NCBI GenBank assembly: GCA_000934665.2 | Contig: KZ538020.1 | Location: 124,001-188,000 of the forward strand | Direction: 5' to 3' | Length of the DNA stretch: 64,000 bases | Source of the DNA: Catajapyx aquilonaris | Lineage: Eukaryota | Shown here: positions 26,820 through 39,000 of the stretch, one piece after another | How the letters are laid out: each line of letters begins with the position of its first letter | How positions within the stretch are numbered: the stretch's first letter is position 1 | The notes under the pieces: generated by a model | The model's database searches: none | Told to the model about the DNA's origin: nothing | Seen by the model: the letters and a program-made list of their open reading frames with translations, nothing else | Translations under genes and position numbers: made by a program

Positions 26820-27117
26820 TCCAGATGATCGGTGAGGTATGTCGAGCGCGGGCTGATGCAACGGGGCGCACGCGTATCAGTCTGGGCGGGGTGAAGTAGC
26901 CAATCACAGCTTCCTGTACGAGCAAGGTAGCATGCCGGTACCGAATACCGGTCTAGCAATGAAGTTTACCCTAATTTATTTACAGATATATTGTCACTAA
27001 ACACATTTAAAAATTAAGCAGTCAAAAACACAGTGATATTTGAAGCTAATAAGTGAAAATAAAGAGAGTGGGCAGCAATGTTCGGTTGGCATCCTGGATT
27101 CGGTTTGAGAGTCAAAG
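26820..27117. promoter_or_regulatory. Probable (possibly bidirectional) housekeeping promoter upstream of Nup88
   Basis: CpG-rich patch with GC box GGGCGGGG (26884-26891) and AGCCAATCA (26898-26906). A YY1-type AAGATGGC overlaps the start codon. Confidence 0.55.
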
Positions 27118-27330
27118 ATGGCTGCGAGCATGGACTTCCTTGGTTTGAACAAGAATAAGCTTTGGAAGGAGCTGCAGGAGAAGCGCGGGGAGAAGGTGGA
27201 GGCCAGGCGATGCAGGGCCCTCCTGGCCGCCCACCACGACTCGCTTTTCGTATGGGACGAGCCCTCCCAGGCCGTGCTGGTCCAGACCATCCCCAGACCA
27301 GACCATCCCAGCTCAAGCCCAAGGGTTCAG
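27118..27330 (+). CDS. Nup88: Nucleoporin Nup88 (Drosophila mbo-like), first coding exon (71 codons, phase-0 donor); rest of gene not found in window
   Basis: ATG in AAAGATGGCT context. Translation MAASMDFLGLNKNKLWKELQEK...RALLAAHHDSLFVWDEPSQAVLVQ...PRVQ resembles the insect Nup88/Mbo N-terminus as I recall it (D-L-LNK-LF...NLL...D-LF-W...LLV pattern); recalled, not database-verified. GC-rich codons end at a canonical donor CAG|GTAGGC (27330/27331). Confidence 0.8.
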
Positions 27331-28169
27331 GTAGGCAGATTGTACTCTTGTTTCTGCACGAGGCGTTTGGACTGGTGGTCAGGCGATGCCGAAAATCGTC
27401 AGGGTTGACTTGAAGGTGTGCTGGTCGCAATACTTGCGTAATGCACTGGGCATGGGGAGTTATTTGGTACCGCAATCAAGTTTCTGAGTCACTGCCATTG
27501 CGTCTTATCATTTGGAAAGTGACTGTTGAAACTACAGTACATTCTGGTTAAGTGGGCAAAGGACTAGGTTCTGCGCAGAAGTCGCAGGGTCCAGTTTGTG
27601 ATGCGGACAGTCACCGGCAAATGTTTCTGTACTTCTTCTGCCTCATCAAATGCTGAGAATGTTGTCAATAAATAATCTGTACCTGTTTTACATTTGTGAA
27701 CATGATCATCATTCATTTAGTTAGAACTGGTTTAATTATTGGACAGCCTTTTACAGCTTGTAGCAATAAATTGAGCTGAATTACGCTAATGTCCAACATA
27801 AATGGTGCATGGAGTGTACTTGAATTGAATAATTAAGTGCATACTTGCTTTCATATTGTTTTTGGTTACTGAGATGCCCTTTTTGACATTACTTTTTGAG
27901 GGGCATTTTAGGGTGCTGTGGCACTGGATGAAAAATATAACATGATGCAGATGGGAAGGAATGGGAGATGTGGGACTGAAGTGGCTCAGTGCCACATTTG
28001 GTTTCAGTTCATGCTACACTGGCCTTAAAAAGCCACACTGTACTGCAGTTGCAATACAGTACAACATACCCCTTAATGATGCTCTGTAGAATGTATGTGA
28101 TGCAATGGCAAAGGCAGAGTGCTGAGCTAGTCATACTTACTCCTGAATAGAGAACAGTATGCTCTAGAT

Positions 28170-28490
28170 CAGTGGTTCCCAACCTGTGGGTCATGACCCC
28201 CAAGGGGGTCGCAAAGGGTTTTCTGGGGGGGTCGTCGGGGTCGTTTTTACATTAACAAACACTCAACCACGAATTATGCAATTGTTTGCCTGATGTAAGT
28301 GCAACCATCTCATTGAATGTTGGGTTAATTAAATATTAGGTAGTGAAAATGTTTTGTTTGTCTTTACCCTATCAAAATGCACTTTTATGCAAATGTGATA
28401 TTGCATGAGCAGGTGGGAGGGGGAGGTGGTCGCAAGTTAATTGGATATTATAAAAGGGGGTCGCGACTCGAAAAATGTTGGGAACCACTG
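28170..28490. mobile_element. hAT (Charlie-like) MITE in Nup88 intron 1
   Basis: TIR CAGTGGTTCCCAAC / GTTGGGAACCACTG. Perfect 8-bp TSD CTCTAGAT. GGGGTCG subterminal repeats. Confidence 0.92.
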
Positions 28491-29488
28491 CTCTAGATTC
28501 ACTTCCAAACCTACACATTTGCTTCTCATAGTGTTCAGATTGACTTCACCTCAAGTAAAAGCAGCACTTGCGTTATTTTAGAAAAAGTGTCATATATTTT
28601 TGTAGTGTTGTGGCTGCATTTTCAAAACTCAATTTCTAGTGACTACTTCGAAGCATATGGTGAAAAATAACTTTTATCGATGGTGACAGTTTTAGAATTA
28701 CTATTTCGCTACTAGTGTGGCCCTCAGGTGGGCATGATTAGTATGAACATGAAATATACCCTGAACCATTGCCACTGTGCCCCACTTATCCCCACCACCA
28801 TCCCACAAGGTTATTTTTGTATGTGATAGCTTTGAAACACTCTTGGACTCAAGTCATTCCAGGCTGAATTAAATTGACATACCATATAATTTCATAGGAC
28901 GCAGACTTTGTCATGCCTGCAGGATTTTTTTTTGTAGTATTGAAGAGTAAAATGAAATATGATTATAGTGACACATTAATCACTGAACTTATGCAAGTGG
29001 TGGCAAGGTGTTGCAGTGGTTTAGCCTGCAGCCGATGAGGGCATGCCGTAGATGCTTTTATTAGAGGTGACTGGATCAAGGAACCTGACTTCTAAATAAA
29101 CATAGGGAAAAACCTGATACATATGGTAGCATGCGGGGGGGGGNGGGGGTATTATTAATGAGAGATTGGGGTGGGGGGGTGGGGGGGATGTTATTGTGGG
29201 GAAGAACACTGCCAACTTATTCTTAATTTGAAATACATCTGTGTTGAATTTCCACTTCAATCAATAACACTCTGCTTACCACTTCCTCACATTTAATTTT
29301 ATTGTAGTTGCCACAGGTAGAGTGATACAATCCGGTTTCATTTCACAAAAGGATAGTTTTTAAATTACTGCACATAAGAAGCTGTATAATTGATATAAAC
29401 CGAATTCAGGAATATTAACAAGTAACGAAATACATTTTGGGGTATCTAAGTTTTTAATATGTTCTCTAATGAGTGAAAATGTGGACTT

Positions 29489-29770
29489 TTTTGTGTATTA
29501 CCCTGTGATAGGGTCTTGGGCCCTTGTATGGGGGAAGGGGAATAAGTTCTCAAGGGAGGACGTTCTTAAGTAGTCATTTCTGACCCTCTTAAATACCAGA
29601 CATTTTCTCTTGGCCCTGGGCAGAGAAGGGAGTGCAATTCTGCCTGGACATGTTGGGTGAAAAGCTGAAAAAGACCTGACCAAGCAGCGGTGACGGCAGG
29701 GATGGGATTTGAAGCCCAGACCTCCCACTTGGCTGGCCAGTAGCATAGCCACTAGACCACCACGATCCCC
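29489..29770 (-). mobile_element. tRNA-derived SINE, family B
   Basis: Head GGGGATCGTGGTGGTCTAGTGG ... GCTTCAAATCC (A box and degenerate B box). Tail TATCACAGGGTAA. TSD TGAAAATGTGG(A/G)CTT at 29474 and 29771. Confidence 0.8.
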
Positions 29771-29819
29771 TGAAAATGTGGGCTTGAAAGTTATTTAATA
29801 TTATGGTCACAGAAGGCAA

Positions 29820-30109
29820 TAGGAACCTGCAATAATATTATTTGCAATTTTAATTAGAGTGGCAGATGATCCCATTTTTTTCAGTGACATATTATTCACT
29901 AAAAGTAACTAAGATAAGATTAAAATGTTGAGTCATGATTCCCAATTAAAACACCCCATTTCAGGCATTCACACATTGTGCAATAATTAGTCATTGAAGG
30001 AACATTGAATTTATTAAATGAGAGTTTTAATGAGCAATATATGACTCAAAATTTGATCATCATCTGCCACTGTCATAGAAATTGAAGTTAACATTTTGGC
30101 AGGTTCCTA
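29820..30109. mobile_element. Foldback MITE-like element with long degenerate inverted arms
   Basis: TAGGAACCTGC...AGTGGCAGATGAT...TTGAGTCAT versus ATGACTCAA...ATCATCTGCCACT...GCAGGTTCCTA. No TSD recognised. Confidence 0.7.
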
Positions 30110-31707
30110 GTAGTGTACATTATGCGACTATTTTAAATGTGAAAAATTGCGAATTATCCACTTTCAATCCCAAATTTTCTTTCCTCAGAGAACAGTTATT
30201 AAAAATTCACTTATTTTTTAAGGTAATATGATTATGAACACTTCCACTAAAAATTATCGTGGTGCACTGCAAAATCAATCCTGGAAGGGATTCATAGTCA
30301 TAATATGCTTACACACTATAAACATACATGCTGTAAAAACCAGAACTAAGTTGTGTGAAGAATAATCTACCAAGCTGTTTTAGAGGTATTCATAGTAATT
30401 CATATGTGAGCATTATTCTTGTGTCGCACAGTATCAAGGATAAACCTCATGGACTCCTTTCGTAAGGAAGAGACAGTTTGCCATCTTTTTTATGTGGCTG
30501 AATTGTTTAGAGAAAACAAATCCATAAATAATTGGAGATAAAATTATCCAAAATTAAGTTTAATAAACAGGTTATGAAATTGTTGCCTGTTGAATAGAAA
30601 GCGTACATGTGAAATGAAGCAACTAAAATTTATGTTAGCATAATCACGACATGCAGAAGCAACAAGCCAGCTAGTAGTGAACTTGCCGTGTGTTTTGACT
30701 TTCTCTCTCTAGCAGTCTTTCTGATGCTTATTATTCAGGATGGTATTTTCTTACTAGTTATATGAGTATAATATGCTGAAACTGACATTTTTGTTATGTT
30801 AGGTTCACACTGCAATGCAATGTAGGGATATGCTAGCACGCCTACGGAAGAGTGTGACATCCAAGTGCATTTTATTATGCAACATCCACAGTAACCTGTG
30901 AATCTGAAATTAAAACTTGTTCAGATGCATTGTAATCAGTTGTTACTGGCAAGTGACAAGTTATGTGCATGAAACGCATATGAATTGTGAAATTTGCCAT
31001 CCCTGACATGCTGCATTGAGGGTTTATACGCCAATATATTGAATAACTCTAACGTGAGTAATGAAGATTCTAATCAACACTGGGGAAATGAGAAAGAAGA
31101 AAAGAACACGGGGAAGTTTAATTAAGAAATGAATAAATTATTTTTCTATAAACGTGGCGCGAAAATCAATTAATTTTGTTCAGTCTTGGAAAGTTTTAAA
31201 TTCGTTTTAGGCTATTATTTTGTATAATTTCTTACATTCATCGAAAGATAGGTGTTTATAAAAAATTATTGTGGTGAGATGAGAACACTATTGTTTGAGT
31301 CCAGCAGGTTAGGCACAATTTTAGTTCAATCTCGTTGTGTGAATGGGGAAAGTGGGCGAGTTCAAATACACTTGTTAATAAGAAACAGGTAACACTGGAA
31401 GGAAAGATCCAGGGCTGGAACTCGGTCAGTATTTTACGTAAAAGTCCGTAATTCCATGCAAGCTCCGTATTTTCCCGTAATTTCGTCAAAAAGTCCGTAA
31501 AGTCCGTATTTTTAGTGGACTGGAAAGGTAGCGTTTTGAAATCATCCGAATTCTTATGGAATCACTGCAAAAATAACGAATAACGCTCAGGCTCGGCACT
31601 ACGGCACTCTATGTTGAACCGCGACCCACCGAACTTTTTTTTTGGGGGGGGGGGGGGTGTGTATGACTCTTATCATCATTATTGGGCCTACTACATTTTA
31701 AAATATA

Positions 31708-32037
31708 CAGGGTCTTTCAACTTTTTTGTCCGAACAGTTATCGGAAACTTCCATGTAGCTGCTACTTTGTAAGCAGTGACTTGCAAAGTGTGATTTTTTG
31801 GAGGAACGGGGAATATTCCCTGCGAATCGTAGGTTGAAGTGGCATACGTACTGCCCGCTGAAAATTGATGGTCAAGCCTGGAAAAATGAGGGTCACACAT
31901 GCCATGGGATGTGTGACCCTCTTTTTCCCCATTCCCCTTTCCTCCGACAAATCACAGGTTGCAAGTCACTGCTTGCAAAGTAGCAGCTACGTGCAATTTT
32001 CCGATAACTGTTCGGGCAAAAAAATTGAAACACTCTG
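31708..32037. mobile_element. Tc1/mariner-type MITE (copy 2)
   Basis: TA|CAGGGTCTTTCAAC...TTGAAACACTCTG|TG. Same family as 10511-10974. Confidence 0.9.
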
Positions 32038-32156
32038 TGTAAGTGGAATCTAATTTCGAGTCAACCACGCCTGTCCCTAGAACATAGCATATGCCATATG
32101 GTGCTCATTTCAGGTCATGGTACATATAATGCAAAATTGTCAAATTTCAAGAACTT

Positions 32157-32205
32157 CCCCACCCCACCAGAAATCGTCTCGCGCCCCACACTTTGGGAAC
32201 CGCTG
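32157..32205. mobile_element. hAT Charlie-like terminal fragment
   Basis: ...CCCCACACTTTGGGAACCGCTG resembles the TTGGGAACCACTG terminus at 28478-28490. No partner end found. Confidence 0.45.
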
Positions 32206-32305
32206 GCTGTAGACTATAGAGTGTATTTGTATTTTAGTAAAGCTTTCACTTGAAAATATTGTGTAAAATAATTTATCCTTTAAATCCGCAATTTTTGTGT
32301 GTATA

Positions 32306-32657
32306 ATAATAATAATAATAATCCTGGGATAGTGATTTCACCCCCAAATGGGGGTATATCACACTGACCTTTATTTTTGAACTATTATACAATATTGGAA
32401 CCTATTATAGTTGAAGCGCCCGGGCCCACGGGCAAGATGACAGGAGGGGATGTGCAAGGTGCAGTGCATCTGACGCTGTGGCCATTTTTAGTGAACTTCT
32501 TCGGGTGGTTTAGTCTGTCGAAATACCACCCGAGACGAAGCCAGAGGTGACCCTGAACTCTGCACGAGATGAAGGGGGTGTCCCCAGGTTGGGATCGAAC
32601 CCGGGACCTTAACATTCGTGGGCGCATACGTTACCGCAGCACCACTCCGCCTCCCCC
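32306..32657 (-). mobile_element. tRNA-derived SINE, family C, with (ATT)n tail
   Basis: Head GGGGGAGGCGGAGTGGTGCTGCGG ... GGTTCGATCCC. TSD TTTTTGTGT(G/A)TATA at 32292-32305 and 32658-32671. Confidence 0.88.
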
Positions 32658-34483
32658 TTTTTGTGTATATAGTTGCCTATAACCCAGTTCCAAGGTCAGT
32701 AAATAATGGTCAGTGATTGGTCAGTAATTTTGCCTTAAAAGTCAGTAAAGTCAGTATTTTGAAGGGCAAAAACCAGTTCCAGCCCTGAAGATCTCATTAG
32801 ACTAACTCGTAATATTGCTGTTCCTCACCCACCACTGTAAGTCTAATGTATATATGGCATGACTGAGGCGTAAATATCACCGCACATATTCGGTTAGGTG
32901 CTTGCTTGGGTGCGTATAGTGGAGATTGGAAGATTGAACCTATAAATAACGCGACTATAATTGTAGGAAGCAATTTGCGGTTCTTAAGTAACGATAATAG
33001 GGGCGCTGATGAGACAATTTTAATTTCAATTTCCTACATCTGGATCCTTTCCATGAGGCAATATTGGTGTTGAGATACCATTTAGGTTCGATTGGATGAG
33101 TTTCACAGAGATTCGCATTGGATTGAAATGAAAATTTCTTTCCTTATTCATCCGGAGCCCTTTTCCACCCACCAACCAGCAAAAATTGCCTGAAGCAATG
33201 GCATCAAGCGGAAGATTATCCGGACGAATAAGCCTACTGGCTCTGCTGCCTATGTGATTAAAAATTAACCTCATTATGCCCTCCAGGCCGACTTTTACCT
33301 AAGGATTAATGAGAGGTGGGGTTGGGCTGGGCTGGTGGGATGTGGTAAGGGGGGGGGGGTGGGGAGGCAGGGAAATTAACAAAATTAAAGGCAGGGCCTG
33401 GATAAAAGTTGCCATATAAAAAAAAGGAGTCCCGACTGGTGATAGGTGCCCAGAGTCTCTCGTTTCTTTCGGACCTTTTGCACTTGCGTCATGCATTTAC
33501 AACTGGCTCTGTAACGGCATACGGTCAATCGTCTCATGTGGAGAGTACCTTGGGGTTATGCAACAGGCATTGCGGCCAGTTTCCATGATGATAGACTGAA
33601 CGGGATACCTTTTCAGGAAAGAAAATTTAAATTTAAGAGTGCTGCATTTTTTGGTCCATGTTCATCAAAGTAAATGTGATAGTCAATAGAAGGTATGTTT
33701 TTGCCATACTTTTCTACATATCCGGTTTCCTAGGTTCCTGTATTGTTCAGGCGTCTGTTCTCTAGCGGTTAGTTAACACGGAGATTGGAAAAGAAACACA
33801 AACCTTTTCAATGCAGGGAATTTGAAACCTGCTACAGGATTAGTGAGATTAGTCAAAGCTACACGAATGTCTTTGTCGACTTCTGTGAATGTCAGGAAAT
33901 TTTTATATCCTACTCCATACTTCTGTGACTTACGGTATTCTCCTTTTAAGTTGTGTTACATAATTCCTGTAATTCTAGCAGTTAAATAACACCATTTATC
34001 ACGAGTAATTAGTGTTTTATCATATGAAAGTTATAGCAAGGCCTGAAGTACATGCTGGAAAATTTGACCCGGCGTAAATTGTGCATATATAGGATTGTGA
34101 ATCGACAAGAATCGAGAAGGGGAGTTCAAGGGGCGAATTTACTCCGGGAGTTATCTGGGAGACTATTTTATACTATTGATATGCAAAGCAGGGCGTGGTT
34201 GTGTTGAGGGGGAGAGGATTTGGTGGGGAGACGGAGTAGGGGGAGGGAGGATTTCTCCAACTTCGAGCAACTTGTCATAAAAATCGTGCTTATCTGAGAA
34301 GAAATACAATGATGGCCCCCTCCGCTTCCAAACGAATGGAAATCAACTTTTGCCGCGCTGGAATATTTTACTTTTTTTTTTTTGTTTGTTTGGAAGGACG
34401 CTTCTGTACTTGTTCTTCTCCACCCATGCGGTGCACCACCCCCTTCCGTCACTCATCTCCCCTTTTTTAGACTTTTTCGAGAA

Positions 34484-34560
34484 AAAAGTCTTATAGCACT
34501 GATCTGTCTGTCTGTGGACAGGTATCAGACAGACAGACAGAGCCGTGCTATAAGACTTTT
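34484..34560. repeat. Inverted repeat with (TCTG)n/(CAGA)n inner arms
   Basis: AAAAGTCTTATAGCAC..TCTGTCTGTCTGT / ACAGACAGACAGA..GTGCTATAAGACTTTT. Confidence 0.85.
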
Positions 34561-34743
34561 CTAAATTTATTTTCGGGTTCCGGGTTCACTCTATCCGCCC
34601 CTTCCCCTGGCTCCCCCCTCCTCCCACCGCCCATTCTCCTCAGACTGTCCCTTTCCCCCTGCATGCGTAAACATTAAAAAGTCTACTCGAATCACGCTCA
34701 CGTGATTTGCCAATCTTTTTGATTTATACTTTTAATACTTGAT

Positions 34744-34887
34744 GTGCTATGGAGCCCAAACTGTTTTGGCCACTTTATCCTGGTCTTGAAGCAACCCTTC
34801 ACACACACTTCCTCACCGTTGGGCCTTTGCGAAGGGTTGCTTCAAGACCATAGTAAAGTAACCAAAGCAATTTGAGCCCCATAGCAC
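34744..34887. mobile_element. Foldback/MITE-like inverted repeat (~55-bp imperfect arms)
   Basis: GTGCTATGG...TGGTCTTGAAGCAACCCTTC / GAAGGGTTGCTTCAAGACCA...CCATAGCAC. Confidence 0.75.
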
Positions 34888-35820
34888 CCTGCACTCTGTA
34901 TGCCTATGACTTCATGTGGTATTTATTTTGTCATTGTTTTCACTCGACACAAAGTTCTGTTTATTCAAAATAATTACGTTCAGGTCGAAATAGTCAAAGC
35001 CAGGTGATAATGACTAGGTTAAAGATACGTACACATCTAGAGGCTTTAGTAGATAGAAAAATAACACCTTTTACTCGCCTGTTGATGTAACGATAAGGAA
35101 TTAACGAATGCTCATGAAGCGATAATGAGTGAGCAACTGGGATGGCAGGGGGTTAATTAGGGAGTCGTTATGTTGTGACAGGGGAGTTACACTAACAGGT
35201 CGTCTAATTCCAGTGTAATTCAATTGACTCCCTATAAAGTACAATATAAGAGTTTGTGGATTCATTTTTACGTGGCATTTGTGGTGCACAGAGCGAGTCT
35301 CTGCGCTTTGTTTGTAACTGCTATAGCGAACTGTGTGAATTACAAGTGGAATAATAAAAAAGCATATCGTGAAGTGAGGATGGTGTATATCTGCAAAATT
35401 GGGCTGTAACGAATAGTTGAAAAGGGGAGGGTGGGAGCGGAGGCAATAGAAAATGATGAAGGCTGTGCTGGGGAATAAGCGCTGAAAGGTGACGGAAGGA
35501 AGAGGCGAGTCCTTTGTCTTTGGGCCAGACAAAGAGTTGGGACACTGCTGGCTTCCGGTGGCAGTCGCACTCCCGCAGTTAGGAACGGGGCAAGTGCGGG
35601 ACCCTAAAGGTGGGCATAAATCGGAGGCTCCTCTGCTGGCTGGTTGGCCCACCCCTATACTACCAATGTGCCCCCCTTATGCGCGACCCTTTTGTGGAGA
35701 CGTCTTCTTTGCTGGGCTCGATCCATCATCGCACCGGAAGACATCTTGCGCGACCTTCCTCATTGCGGCCGCGATTATCATGGAGGGATACAGTCTCATT
35801 TGCACTCGGCTGCTTCTTGG

Positions 35821-36004
35821 TACAGGGTGAGGCCAAATAAGGCTGCACGACTTTGGCATAAGCGTTAGGATGGAACTTGATCAATGGCACAATGTTCATG
35901 TTATTATTAGAAAACAGTAACTGTTTTCTAATAATAACATGAACATTGTGACATTGATCAGTTCCCTCCCAACGCCTATGCCAAAGTCGTGCAGCCTTAT
36001 TTGG
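35821..36004. mobile_element. Foldback element, ~85-bp arms (35833-36004), left end with Tc1-like TACAGGGTG terminus
   Basis: CCAAATAAGGCTGCACGACTTTGGCATA... / ...TATGCCAAAGTCGTGCAGCCTTATTTGG. Perfect 31-bp inner arms around a 1-nt centre at 35919. Confidence 0.85.
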
Positions 36005-39000
36005 ATATTTTTGGATATTTTGGATATATTTTGTGGATATATTTGGATATGTTGTAGGAGATCAGGAATGGTCCGATAATATTGTTGCTCAACGTTTTGT
36101 TTACATTGCAGGTAATTGAATATTGGACACAGGTTTATTCCATCCGAGGGAAGAGACTTTTAAAAAGTGTTCCAATACCTTTCTTCAGACACTTTTCACA
36201 GATCAATGTCAGCCGATGTTCGTCTCCTAAGGGATATTATAAAGCTACTACTGTATCATGATTGAGGACATGTGTCAACTCAAATTAAGGGAAAAAAACT
36301 TTGATTATCTATACATACCTTTGCACTGAATAATTTGCCTTCTACCCTTTATTACAAGCTGTCCGAATGAGAGAGCATTTCTGAGAAACTCCCTGCTTCC
36401 AACTTGCGCCTCCAGCTCAGTGTTTCCCCACACCATCCTCACCATTGATTGATTCTGGTTTAGGAGTCAGACTAACCGGTTGTGGACACAACGAGTCATT
36501 CATTAATGATGAAAGGCCCAGTCGAATGTAGTCGGAGAAAAGGGTAGGTGGAAAGCAGGGGGAGGAGAAGGGGAAGGGAGGGGGGTAGAAAGGGGGAGGA
36601 GTAAGTAATGAACTGTGGAGGAATGAAGCATAAAATGTTGAATGAATGAGTGGAGAGGATGGCGACAAGTTAGTGGCGCTGGGCATTTGCATGGTGGCTG
36701 CAAGGCGGATCGGAGGCGCGCCAATTATGTATGCATTATTTGGCAGGCCCAACGCCAAGCCTTTCCGAGCACAACTTTGACACAAGGAGCTTATATCGGC
36801 TGTCAAAGAAGCGAGGGGAGGAAGGGAAGGAAGGGGGGGAAAAAACGGAGCGGCGAAGTTATGGAGCGTGAATTTGGAGAAAGAGTGGAAGAGACCATGA
36901 TCGTGACGTCACAGTGGAGCCAAGGTTTACACCCCACCACACATACCCGAGAGGACCGGGACCATTACGCACTGGTTTACTACTGTTTGAAACAAGCTCA
37001 AGTCGAAGGCTATAACTTCACGCGGAAAATTTGCTCATCGAAATACTCTGCAAAAAAAAGGCGTTAACAGTTGATTTAAAGGGGAGCTTCAATCTGGATG
37101 GGAATGGGAAATTTTCTGTAGTGGTAGTAATAGACACAAGCTAGTAACGTGCACTGTGTGACGCTTAAAATTGCCAGGTACATCACATCCAACATTGATT
37201 TTGCGACAGCAATATGGGTTGTAATGAAGTGGTCAGAAGTTATTGCCTAATGACCTATGAAACTGGGGTATATACTGTACGTGCAGGGAATGCCATAAGT
37301 ATGCCGCAACCAGATATTGAAGTCCGAGCCTGATCAATGGCATTTTCGAATGATACGCGTTCTTTTTTTCCCCTCCCAAATTCGATGATATAACCCTTCC
37401 AATATTCACATGAGCTGCATAGTTTGGATTCGAATGAAAAATTTAATGCTTTGCTAACAATGATCTACCGCGTTAACAACTTTAATTGGCGCATATAAAG
37501 GTCCTGAAACTATCAGGGGAAAAACCGAATTGAGAGTGGATAAATTATGTATCCAGTGAATTGCCTCTTATTCACAAGAGCTTTTCAGCTCTTTGCGTAT
37601 GGCACTGCTTGAACGAAAGTCCGGTAATGCCATGTTACCCTGAATTGGAGGCAACCGCACGTCTGTCGTACCGACGGCATATCCGTCTGGAGCAAATGGA
37701 GTGTTTCACTGTCACTATAGCATACTTTTGTTTATTAGCGTCTACTTGCTTTCACCAATTGGGAATGGCATGATAGGGAGTGCATCATGAATGGTGATCA
37801 GTTCATATTTTAATTAAAGTGTACTGAATGTAAGAGCGCATATAGGTCATTTGAACGCCATTGTACTTTGTCTATACCATCCTGTCAAAAGCATAGAATG
37901 CATTTTGCAACGCTTGCCTCTTGCGGAAATTAATTATTGGTCACCAGCACATTTAGAGAGTATATCTATTCAACACACTGTCGAAGGCTCCTATCAGCTG
38001 CCAGGCATCACATCTGAATAATTAGTCCAGTACAAGTCTGCAGTACCTCATTATTGTTGGCCTACTTTGTATATCACGAAGCATGTGCAATACATAAGCC
38101 TTTAGTAAAATGTATAGTTTGATGTTGCCCATCATTACAATTGAGATGATTTCACCAATTGTTCAGTGAAATGACAGTACTTTTCGTCTTCTTTTCTGCC
38201 AAGACTAGAAGACGTTTGAGTGACGTGTGATGGATGCGGCTGGTCTCAGAGATTGGCGTCATGCAGGCTTATATATACTAGCCAGCCCTTATAGAATCTG
38301 TGTGCTGCCTTGGCAGCGGGCAGCTTGGAAATGAAGCCATCTAATATGTAAATTGGAGCTTGGCAGATGGATAGATTGGGCGCGCCGGGCCTTAAACGTC
38401 GGCGGCGACCAATTATGTATTAATGGTGACTTCCGAAGCAAAAATGCAGGCGGATTTCATCGGAAGCGTTTTCATTAATAAGGAAAATCTCGTTCGCTGC
38501 CTTTCCTGTGAAAGATTGGGAGAGCAGGCCCGCTTGCTCGAGCGGCACGATGGATGGATGCCGCGAATCGGATGGTCGCTGCAACTTCCTGGTCTCCTTC
38601 CCGATTATTTTTATTCCCAGAACCGCTGCTGGAGACGGGTTACTTTACTGTATAGGATGGATTTTGCATGGCGATGAGTTTGGGAAACATTTCCGAGAAA
38701 TGCGGTCTAAAATTTGTCGCAGCCTAAATATCAAAAGTTTACATAATACAAAGTCTGCTTCCGATTACTGATTAGCAGTTAGTTGTTGATGGGTATAATG
38801 TCCTCTTGGTTTACTCCTTTGTCACGATGTATGTAGGAATTTTCAGGCGTGTCTCATGACCAAAGAATCCGTAACTCCAACGCAGAGGTCATGGAACGAC
38901 GTTAGTTGAGTAACGTCGTCAGCGAAATGAGGTCTGAGTATGAAATCTCGTGAATGACCTAGATGGATAAAAATCATCAGAATATGGATGCAGAAACCCC

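Larger units (their letters stand above)
31410..32787. mobile_element. Non-autonomous TIR element with 6-bp TSD, hosting three nested elements
   Basis: TIR CAGGGCTGGAACT / AGTTCCAGCCCTG. AAGATC duplicated at 31404-31409 and 32788-32793. GTC(A/C)GTA subterminal repeats at both ends. Confidence 0.8.

Noticed and set aside
27331..27408. C-terminal 25 codons of the 96-aa ORF
   Set aside because: Read-through past the CAG|GTAGGC donor; intronic.
30822..31005. TAGGGAT...ATCCCTG as hAT termini
   Set aside because: TIR too short and no TSD.
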